From contig OZ316898.1 in NCBI GenBank assembly GCA_973895155.1, forward strand, positions 8,171,079 through 8,235,078: DNA of 64,000 nt, written 5' to 3'. The notes under the pieces were generated by a model. That model searched no databases. It was not told where the DNA came from and was given only the letters and a program-made list of their open reading frames with translations. Below, in pieces: positions 38,509 to 49,279 of this stretch. Origin of the DNA: Marsupella aquatica (Eukaryota; Plantae; Marchantiophyta). Positions within the stretch are counted from its first letter, which is position 1, and each line of letters starts with the position of its first letter. The position numbers were made by a program, and so were the translations under genes.

Positions 38509-40084
38509 GTCTGACTCCTTGACTGCGAGCTAGGGGTGCGCTTTCCTCCTACCGAATCCAATTGATCCACTCCAAGTCGTCTCATGCGATTCGATAGCTT
38601 GAACTTGACTTTGGGCAACGTAGGGGTTCCCGAGTGGAGTTCCGAGCTGAGGGCTAAGTACCCCACCAAAATTCCTAAATCCTGCCCAATCTACTCAGAC
38701 ATGAACCAATGGACCTCCCCCTTCCACAACTTGGCCACCCCTCTCTTTCTGTTGCTCAACGGCACTCCACGACACCCACGTAGCTGAATTGCAGAGTACT
38801 TCTACTTCATTCAGTCTTATGTGCAGTCTATCATCTCATCTCAGAACATTCTTGTCATATCCTGTATAGCCCTGTTACCACATAAACTCTACGGCCCAGA
38901 AATACGTCTGCAAGACCCGTTCACGAAGATGATTGTGTGCTTCACCGGCGCCAAATGCACCACCAGCGCATGGTTTCCTTGACGGCTTTCGAGCGGGCGG
39001 GTGAGAAATTCACCACATTCTTCTTCGTCTTCTTCTTCTTCACATGATGGCACCCTAAAGTTCTACAATCAATCTTTCTGCATCCTTTCGGCCTGGGAGC
39101 CTCTCAATCATATGGCACTGCAAAAAGTGCACAGGAAGGATGGAGTACAGAAATGCCTACGGAGCCTTACAATAATCTTCTAAATTGAGAGTAGTCCAAG
39201 CTTGGATCTGCCACGAACTTCAGCAAAATTGCTTCGTCCTCTCCTCTGCTCTGCTGCTGCTGTAGCCGAATAGCTCCCTCGTTAATTCTTGATACTTTGC
39301 CGATTTTCCTCTCTTCAGCTCTCCTTTCTCTCGTCAATCACACTGAGCACTGGAAGTGACATGCATAACGACATGGCGTGAAAATGCTGCCCAAATCCCT
39401 AAAAATCTTCATTTAACTCTCAACTTTCGTCTCTCTGTTTTCCCTTCATTCACCATTATTGCTCTTTCAAGTACTCCTCAACCTTTCTTCATTCGCCAAC
39501 CTCGTGGGCCCTCCGTCGTCCGCTGTCCCCAACCCCTGTCCCTCACATTCTGAACTCACAGCCGTCGATTCTACATCGGACGGTATAAATCTAGATAACC
39601 TGTCACACTGTCCCCCAATCCCGTCCCTTTGGCCTCCAGACTCACAGCCGTCGACTCAAAATCTGACGGCTAAAAATCTCTCCGGTAGTTCTGTCCGGTC
39701 TTGTCCGGAAGATCAGATAACATCCGACGGATCATATCGTCTGCTGTCCGGTCCCTGTAGCGAAGTGGATGAGTCCGAAGGCCATTCCAAAATGGGGACC
39801 GGGTCCCACAGCGGCATACGTTATGTTGATGGAGTAGCCTGATAAAAGTGAAAATATTAAACTGAAATGTAGGTGGTGGATACCTACGAACCGCCCAACT
39901 GCACGTGAAGCGGCTTGAACCTGGGCCCTGCCTGTCTGTGGTGGCTTTGCGTATCGAGGCATGCACTGGGCCAAATGGCCAATTGTCTCATGCACATCAA
40001 CTCGTGACAAGTCACCGTGATCGTACAACACTTGGGATGAGAAGACTCTAACCAACATTGATTGTTTTATTTTTTTGCTTTCGT

Positions 40085-40740
40085 CTCCCTCCCATGGTTT
40101 GCTCTTCAGCTCTACCAGATTTTTTGAGTTTGCTCCTCATGTAGGGCTGTAGTGCTGTCATGCATGTCCTCAGTTTTTGCGGCCTCAATTGAAAGTCTTT
40201 AGTGTCCCTCCCATGGTTTGCTCTTCAGCTCTAAAAGGTCCTCAATTGAAAGTCTTTAGTGTCCCTCCCATGGTTTGCTCTTCAGCTCTACAAGGTCCTC
40301 AATTGAAAGTCTTTAGTGTCCCTCCCATGGTTTGCTCTTCAGCTCTACAAGGTCCTCAATTGAAAGTGTTTAGTGTCCCTCCCATGGTTTGCTCTTCAGC
40401 TCTACAAGGTCTTTTAAGTTTGCTGCTCGTTAGGGCTTTCGGACTGTCTTGCATGTCATCTCCCCTCGTTTTGGGGGGCCTATATCAAAACTCTTGTGTC
40501 CCTCCCATGGTTTTCTCGTAAGCTCTACCAGGTTTTTTAGGTTTGCCGCTCATCAGGGCTTTAGAGCTGGCTTGCATGTCTCTGCCCTCTGTTTTGGGGT
40601 CCTAAATTGAAAGACTTGCATGTTCCTCCCATGGTTTGTGCTTCAGCTCTACAAGGTTTTTTAAGTTTGCAACTCATTAGGGCTAAAGAGCTTTCTTGCA
40701 TGTCACCCGCCCTCAGGTTTGGGGCCTAAATTGAAAATCT
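40085..40740. repeat. 57-bp tandem array (4 near-perfect copies) flanked by longer degenerate units
   Basis: CCTCAATTGAAAGTCTTTAGTGTCCCTCCCATGGTTTGCTCTTCAGCTCTACAAGGT starts at 40183, 40240, 40297 and 40354. Confidence 0.95.
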
Positions 40741-41650
40741 GGCATCATAAGAATTTCATGTTTGAACCCCTCAGGAGCCAAGCTTCATGGCATTTAAAGT
40801 GCAGACTGAAAGGCAAAGGCTGGAAACTTTCTAGGCCTTAAGATCTTGGCTTGTGAAACTCAAATAAAACAAGTTTCCTCTCCCTAAACTTGTCACTCAA
40901 GCTGCCTGGCACACTTACACGTAGCAGCACCAGGCACACTTACACGTAGCAGCACCATATACTGTTGTGGCACATCCTTCACAGATTATCTCAATAGCTT
41001 TGGAAGAATTGAGGGCCGACTACATGCAAGACAGCCCTAAATTATGGACCCCCATGAGAGGTTGATTCCAAAATTCCTGGCATCAAAGAGTGTCACGTCA
41101 ACAACAACAGCACCAAACAAGACTTGTCAGTTTGGTGAATCAAATTTATAGTTTTCATTTGTGTTTGCATCAATTTGGGTGTAAATTTTGGGATGCCATG
41201 CAGTAAAATGAAATGTAAACAATTAGAAATGCAAAGAGCAAGAGGGGTAAAATTGTCACTATGTAACCGTTTTAGCTACGTATCCAGGTTTAAAAATTAA
41301 ATTCAGTTTTTTTAAAGTATTTTTCATATAATAAACAATGTCTAATAACTGACTTGATATCTTAAAAGATAACTTGCACATAAAGTAAGATTTCTGGCCT
41401 TTTGCAATTAAGGCAAATTGCCACTTATGATTGGAACTTGAAATCAACAAACTGATACAATTCACAACTTGAGTTAAAGTTGTAGCCAGGAGTCCACGGA
41501 CTAATTCTTATTGTTGTTGTTGGGGACTCTTGGTCTTTTTGGCTCTTGGACTTTTGGATCTTTAGTCTTCTTGGGTTTTCCCTTGTTTTCTCCCCATGAC
41601 CAGGTCTCCTCCACTTGAATCCTGTCTCCTGATTTGGCATTTTTTGCCTT

Positions 41651-41726
41651 TCTTACATTTTAGGGGGCTGCTCAAGGCCTCAAACTGTCACAGGTGATAA
41701 GAAAGCCTCCATATAGTGAGACCCCT
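41651..41726. mobile_element. Terminal segment of a DNA-transposon/MITE family (copy 1)
   Basis: TTCTTACATTTTAGGGGG..CAAGGC..CAGGTGAT..CCATATAGTGAGACCCC is the reverse complement of the segment at 55637-55711. Confidence 0.55.
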
Positions 41727-43746
41727 AGACCCATACACAAAATGGAGGACAATCTAATAATTATATTAGTTTTAGGGGCAGGTTAGTAATCTCTGTCCGG
41801 AAGGTGAGATTGGAAACATTACTTATTGAATTTTTCTAAAGAAAATGATCAATCTACTAAAGATTGTCCCCACATCTTGCGGTAACAAATTCTGCGAGTA
41901 AGACATAGATGTCCTCTAAGCAGTCCTCTTGAAAAATCTAGTCCATTGTTTCAGTCTTTGCTGTCAATTTGTGTTTTGGAGGAATGAGGGGGGTGAGGGC
42001 CCATTGATTGTAGGGAGAAAAATGAATACAATCCTCAAGGAGAGGAGACAGCCTCAACTGGCCAGCCAGGACAGATAGAAGACAGAAAAAGTAGCAAGAG
42101 AACAGGGAAGAAAATCTAGATGACATATTGACACTTCTTGGCTTTGGAGTAAACCAGGCCAAAGAGTTCTTTCATCACACAAAGACTAGACAAAGTCTTT
42201 GCATCCATTACCCTCCCCTCCCCTCCCCTCATGCTTGTGTATGGCTGCCATGAACAGCCCTCCCTCCTTCTCCTTTGATCAACTTCCTTCATTTCCCTCC
42301 CTCGGGATATTATGTACCATCTTGGCCCCATACTTTCCTTGTATATTCCCCAACTATTCTCAACTACCCTACCCTGGATATACAACCAAGTTTTTGGTTC
42401 CCACAATGATTGTCTTGATTTTGGACTGAATGAAGTGAGGTTGACTCATGGGACCACAAAATCTGCAAATGGCGCAGATTATGTGGGGTATGAAAGTGTA
42501 AATGAAAGTAGGAAATCTAATTTCTTACTAATAAAGCGCAAGACAAAGCTACTTTTGAGGGCTACTGAGTAGAGTAAAGCCTTTGTACCATAACTCTCAA
42601 TAAGGACAAAACAGGAAAGCAGACACAGAAAATAGAGATGGGGCAAAAATGAACCAGAAAAACATTTTTATTGCTAGATTCTTGACTGTCCTAGTCTCTA
42701 TTTATGTCCAAGGACTTAGGGGGAAATAGTCAAATTAGGGGTGGGGGTGAGAAACTGGGATGGCAGTGGGGTAGTGTCGGGAGTAGTGCACTGCATTTGA
42801 AAATAGAGTTGTCTGTGAAAAGAGTCAGTGGAGTAGGGGTCCGCATGTGAAGAGAGTCAATGGATTAGGAGGTCGTCTATGAAGATGTTAGCTGCTGTAA
42901 TTGGCGTCAAGGGCCATGTTGAAACGGCCAGCTCTTCTTCAATTACTTGAAGAAACTTTGGTCAGCTGCTGTCATCAAGGGTCGACACTTTTTTTAATCT
43001 CGTCTCTATTGACATTCAAAGAACCAATAGTCGGACTAGTGTATGAAAGTGTGAATGACTAATAGTCAATCTCTAGTCTAGTCACTAAATCTATCAGTGG
43101 GACACAAATATCCTTGAGGCAGCAAGTCTCTCAAGAGGTGCACTTGTATCTTTTGCTATTGATCTACAAGGCATGGTGGGATTGGGCCCATACTAACTCA
43201 CCATTACTTGTTGATAGAAGTTGGTTGTCTAAATAGATAATGGTGCTCCTATCAAACTAGCACATGCATGAGTGTCCCTAGCACCATGGGTGGAGTAAAC
43301 CTAGGCAACCAAACAAAAAACTTGTTGTGGGGGCCTGTCCTACCAAAAATAGACTATCGGAGAGGCTACAACTTTGGACCTCCCCTCCAAGTGGTCCAAA
43401 GTTGCCACACATAGGCATCAAGTGGGACCCACTACACTCTCATGTAGGATTGGGGACTGGGGAGCTACTATTCTAGTTTTTACTCACACTCACAACCTGC
43501 TACTCATCAAAGCAAGCTTTTCACACATTGTTTCCTCACTATGGACTAATGTTGGTGAATTGATATTGGCTGCCCACTCTCTAATAGGAATAGTTTACAG
43601 GAAAAACCCTAATGATATGTAATGGTATCCAAAATGCTTGGATGAACTTGTGTAACTTGTATAGAATCTTCAAGAAATGTTTGATTGTGCTTTAGTACTG
43701 TAATTCACAATTCTCTGACTCCATCTTTTGTTGAAGTGAGAAATAA

Positions 43747-45505
43747 TTTTATTGCAATCTGATAGAGAAATACAAGAGAGCCATAGCGGTGGGAAGGGAG
43801 AGACCCAAAGGCTGTAGCCAAAGAGCCAAAAACTCCACCTTAAAGCAAAAATAGCTTACAACATTCAAGAGAACAAGCTAGGGCCAGATACAAGTCAAGT
43901 GGTCAAGTTGCGAGACCAAAGTGTGTCTAGTCACAAAGACTAAACCTTAACACTTAGTTCCGGCGTCGCTGACTCCGACGCCAAGCTCCCTTATGGTCCA
44001 AGCCCGAATAGGCCATCCAAGGAGGACTTAGCATGGGGAGACTTGTGGACAATGAGACCTGGCACTAGCGAAGGCAAGACGCCAAGCTGGTGACACACAC
44101 TAAGGACTTAGACTAGCTGAGTGTTGGTCGGGTCAAGGGAAAAGGGGCCGGGCTCAAGGTCGACTGTCCGGACCCGTGGACGGACTTTGAGTTCTGAGGA
44201 CTTGAGTGAGAGCTCCTCTTGGGCCCAAGGCCAATGGAGTTGACGCCATAGACAACGGATGCTTGGGGCGCAAGTTATGGCCCAATCTGGGTTTGGCCAA
44301 TCGGGGGCCCCGAGCGGCGATGAGATCTGAGGGCCTAGGCATGAGCACTAGGTTGGCCCAATCACAACGGGCTAAGGCACTCCGCTTGCGGACGCCTAAC
44401 TAGGAAGTTATGGGCGTTGCCAATTGGTGGTGCGCCTAGACATGCGGGATAGAGTCTGGGTTGGGGTCCAAAAGTTTGGGGACCACAGTTGGTCCGGGGT
44501 TGACAGGTCTCCAGAAGCATATATGAGGGGATTGGTGTCTCTTTGGGGGTTAAGGGCGAGCCGAAGTCGTGAGTTGTGGCGGTTGCGACACTAAGGGAAA
44601 ACGTCGATATCTTCCTAACGGGAAGTCCGTTGGAGGACTTCTTGGGTGCGTTGGAAATCTCTCAAGGAGGGCTACGTCCTCTTGAGCTTAGCTGGGTCTG
44701 GGGGTGACATGGGTTCTCAAGGTCTGCGGGTGTTAACTCGCCTACTTGCCAAATCCTATCGAAATAGCAGCCAAGTCGCATGTAGTCTCCCAAGGGAGCT
44801 TGTGTTGGGGAGACAAGGTCAAGTAAGCATGGAGGTTGAGTCCCAAGGGTGCTTGGCCCCTAGACCATCAGTGGGGCAAGAACCGGGAGTTGGTTGCTAG
44901 AGTCGAGGCCATTTTGGTCCCGACGTGTTGGGACAAGCTTTAGGATAAGTTACGCTATTTGGGCCATGAGCATGTCCTGGGGGCAGGGCGGTCAGTTGGT
45001 GATGGATAGGTACGAGGGGGAACCCAGGCTGCACCCAAGGAAGGAGTTGTTCTGGACGAACATTGGGCGTTGGTTCTGGTTCCGACTTATGGCATCGGGA
45101 GGACCTATCGCTAACCTACTTACCAATATCTGTTAAACTTGAGTTAGGATGCCAGACTTGGGGAGATCTAGATCCTGAAGGGTTACTTACCGAGATGCTC
45201 GGGTGCTTGTGCAGATAGTGAGGACCGTTGAGTAGCGGTCGAGTTGGAGAGCAAGTGCGACTTCATATGGGAGGGGCGGCTGGTGGTGCAAAGGGGCACT
45301 AGGATGCTTGCTCGAGGTATTCCGTGGAGGCATAGGGGCACTTAGGCATGAGTGTTGGGATTGGTGAGGGCGTTGGGTGGCAAGGTCCACCACTAGAGCT
45401 CAAAAGGGTTTGCAGCAAACAGATACTAAAAGTCCAGCGAGAGCAAGGCCAACCTAAAGTAGCAACATGGAGTACTATAGGGACCATGAGGTTAGCATAG
45501 GGCCT
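43747..45505 (-). mobile_element. Degenerate, 5'-truncated LINE-like retroelement fragment
   Basis: A GC-rich, stop-riddled block sits inside AT-rich DNA. The minus strand ends in a 3'UTR-like tract ..CTCTCTTGTATTTC..GCAATAAAAT with a polyA signal. The flanks are similar (GTGAGAAATAA at 43736, GTGAAAATAAA at 45506) and could be a decayed target-site duplication. No RT motif was recovered. Confidence 0.45.
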
Positions 45506-48041
45506 GTGAAAATAAATAAATAATATTTGCTTCTAGATCATAAGAACGAGAAGCCCGAATGGAACAGGCACATGAACCTTGGGTGTCTGGTAGATCATAC
45601 ACTCCTGGCAGTAAAGGATAATCGCAAAAATATGTTATTGTCTCATTTAGGGTGACTCGGGATGTACTTTCACTATTAATCATTATAGATTCCATCAGTG
45701 GTGCTCGTACCTTTGTCAGTCCATCCTATTGTCTACCATGTCTCACATTTTCTTGCTATATTCCCTCATACATTTCCAATGAGAAGAATGTGCACAATGA
45801 TTGTCGCACGTTGGACCAAAACATGAGTCTTTTTTAATCCTTTTTCTTGCGAGAGGGGGCGAACACTATTTGAGGGAGTTTTTAATAAAGCAACAAATAT
45901 GAAATGAAAATCAAAACGGAAAAAGTAAAAAAAAAATTCTAAACTTCTCACGCATTTATAAACACATATCAAGATTTTTGTTTGAGTTATTATAGGAGAA
46001 TGGGTTGGGTGTACTTTTACTTAGGTGTGATATTAATCAGGACCTAATTAGGTTATTGGGCTGAACTATGTTCAGCTTTTACTCCGCAAGGTACTGTCTT
46101 CGCAAAGTACTTTGTATTGTTTTTCTTGGCACGACTCATCCACAACAAATTCCACTTCTTTGACATTTATCTGTTTTTACACAAATGAACTCAACAATGA
46201 GATGCAAAGCCGTCCAAAAACATTCATGAGAGAAGACCCAAAAGTCCATGTCTACATCATTTGAATCGTGCCCAGAGTTATACTATGCTGGTCAAAACTA
46301 CCAAGTGAGACCTGATAGGGGTGGAGAAATGGAGCTTCTAACTTCCGATATGGTAAAATAAAATAAAATAAAATAAATATAATAACCTATTGAGGGCATT
46401 AATTGTGTTCATATTCACTCTATTGTTGTAGAGTTGCCAAAATCATATGACAACCATGTATTAGTTTCTGCATAGGCAAGCTACGACAATTTTAGTACAT
46501 AGTACCTTCAAGAATGTAATCCATGCGTACATTCTTATCTGCTAATTGTTTACATGATTGTGAAACAAATATTTCGGTGCTTGTATGCCGAGTGGTCAGA
46601 TTTCATATACAATTGAAAGATCACAAAATACAATATAGTGGGATGAAAGCTTCAAGTTTTATTAGATGTGAGTTCACTCGACGTCACTCTCTAAACAGTC
46701 AATTTGGCCCCAAAGTCAAGTGAACCGCAAACAAGTTGCAAGACAAGTTGTTGAAGACAAAGGGATTCTTTTCCATGATGCGACACTCTCTTGAACTCAA
46801 TTCTAAATAATTCTTGGTTTTTCAAGAATAATTGGAAAATGCTGTCAATCATGTTTGAAACATGGTTTTCATCCATAGAATGATACAATCACCAAGAGAT
46901 AGCCACAAGGTTTGAGGAGGCAAGCAGCGGCCTCCAAGCTACTTGGATTGGGAGGGAGGCGCTAAGTGTGGGAAGGGAGGCACTGAGTATGGGAAGGGAG
47001 GCCGTGACCTGCAGGTAGGGCAAAGGCAATGGGCCTTGCAAGGCCTCGGGCAGGCCCTGCGACCACGGGCAACCAAGAAACATCAGTCTAGTGCGAACAG
47101 GATGATTATGGCTTGGGCAGGGTTGGTGGCCATCTTACACACTGAGTTGTGGTTTAACACACCTACAGTAGTACCAATGTAATAGTTCAAACTTTGTGAC
47201 CGTGGTTTAACACACCTAGTATAAGTGTAATCGTTAACACTTTGTGGCCGACCCCTTCTCTCACCGGCCTAGTACAATTAAATCCCAGCAATATAGATCA
47301 GATCCGATCCGAGTGAACTGTATGACTCGCAAATTGCGAGAAAATGGGATTTTTGTAGGCCGTCGAGTCATCTCTCGACTGGACTGGTGAATCACACACA
47401 GCAGTGGAAGCAGTGGAAACAAAGCTCACAGCTGAGTCCCCAAAAGCTCGAGGTGGGTCATCCACCATCAGGAGAGGGGAGGAGCTGCTGCTGAGGAGAG
47501 GAGGAATCGATCGACTCACCAACGCACTGTCCTCAGGTAATGTTCCTTTTCCCGAATGAATCTCTCTTTGCATTGCGCATTCACTGATTGTCTTGTCGAT
47601 CAGAATGGTGCTCGTGAATTTGGCGACTGTGTGTCTTGTTTGTCTACGTGCTCTGTTTTCCGGATTTGCCGAGGTATTTTGGTCGAGCGCCAATTTCTTC
47701 CTGGTCGGATGATCTCTAGTGAGGATGGCCTTCGTTACATCGAGTGAATGATCGTAGCAGCGTCGGCTATTGCTTTCTATGTTTACGGTTCCGTTTGAAG
47801 TGTGGGAGTGAAATCGTCATTGTTTTCGTTCAGATCCGAGCCGCTTCTGGTTCCATTGTTCGTCGCTGTACAGGACCTTAGGTCACGCACAACATCATTA
47901 CTGAGCTGGGTCTTCGATCTTTCAGGTTTCACGGAGATACGGTCGTGTAGCTCGTGGTGTACGCCTGCTGCAAGGTGGTGATGGATGTGTGGATGCACGG
48001 CATGTGACTCAGTTGTCTTCTATGTGCAAGCTGATTGATAG

Positions 48042-48683
48042 GTCTACGAGGTTGTGGATGGCCCTTCAAGGTGATCGACTGTGGCTGTGATTTCATTCAC
48101 GTAAGCTCATGCAAGCAAACAAGCAACTGGCTTAACTTGTTCGCCTCTGGCAATCACGATTTGCTTGAACATGTAAGGGCTTAAAGAAATTCTGTTTCCT
48201 CGTACTAAGGTGTTCAGCTCGACTTCCGTGTTGGATTTATTGTTGACTTAGTGTAGAGTGTAGAGTGTAGAGTGTTTAGGTTCAAAGTTCAAGTTCGAGT
48301 TAGGGTTCTGGATCTGATGAATGCTCGGTGTCACACCGAAAATTGTGATTGAAGGAGATTCATTACATTTCATCCTGGGGCTACCGGTGTACATTTGATG
48401 ACCTCTTTAGAAAATTAAATGTCGATCTCAAAAGTCCAACTACACCTATGAGCTTAGCCGAGAAGGTTCATGGCAATCAAGCTGAAGATGTGGATGAAAT
48501 CTACAATCCGGTTTTGAACATTTCCATTGTTCTGTGTCACGATGTGCTTCACGGGGAGGGAAAGTCGCAATTCGAGATGAAAGTTAGACCTACGTTAATC
48601 CTGTGAGCTGAGCTGAGCTGAAATGACGATATCCTGTCTTTGCACAGTTTGTCGAGGCAGTTGTTCAAAATTTCGGCTCATGA
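48042..48683 (+). other. Unannotated exon chain (orphan gene, pseudogene or spliced leader)
   Basis: Segments 48042-48100, 48355-48582 and 48648-48683 are bounded by AG/GT and join in phase into ~106 open codons ending in TGA. I found no convincing upstream ATG. Confidence 0.4.
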
Positions 48684-49279
48684 CTTTGGCTACCAGCACA
48701 AGAGGCCCAGCCCAAGATTCTTCTTGTTTACATTTCTGCGTTCATGATTCTCGGACATTTCTGCAGACACGGAAGACATTTCCTCCTCGCCTAGATATGC
48801 AGCAGAATTCATGCATGTGTATTCGTCCGGTTGTAACAGAAATGCTCCTCCTGAAGTGGAGCATAGGCTTAGCTAAGCGTTATGAAGCGAAAAGGCGGCA
48901 AAGTCAAGGATGCAATATGGCTAGTGGAGAACATGTCAACTGGAAAGCTAGACCATTTACTTAACACATCTAGAAGCATTACAATGGTTCAAACTATGTG
49001 ACCGACCCCTTCGGTCACGGGCCTGGTTGAATTTGAACCTGCTGAACATTAGACCAGTTGATGAGCTTGTGAAATTGGTTTTAAAAAAAGTAGTACGGGG
49101 TACTGGAAATGGGGAATTGTGCGTCTAGGAGACTGCCTTTTCTTCCGCGTCAGTACTTTTGTGGTCTGAGACTCGTGATCTGTGATAAGGTGGTGAATTC
49201 TTTGATTGGCCTTTGTATATGTCTTGCACTTATGCCAGTTCAACTCATAAAATTGCCCATGTTGTAAGCAGGAGTCCTG

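Noticed and set aside
40177-40521. 114-aa ORF with a repeated PQLKVFSVPPMVCSSALQG unit
   Set aside because: It is a by-product of a 57-bp (19-codon) tandem repeat. It starts at TTG and has no gene context.
42421-42440. TTGGACTGAA resembling the miR319 5' end
   Set aside because: Only 10 nt match and no precursor hairpin is evident.
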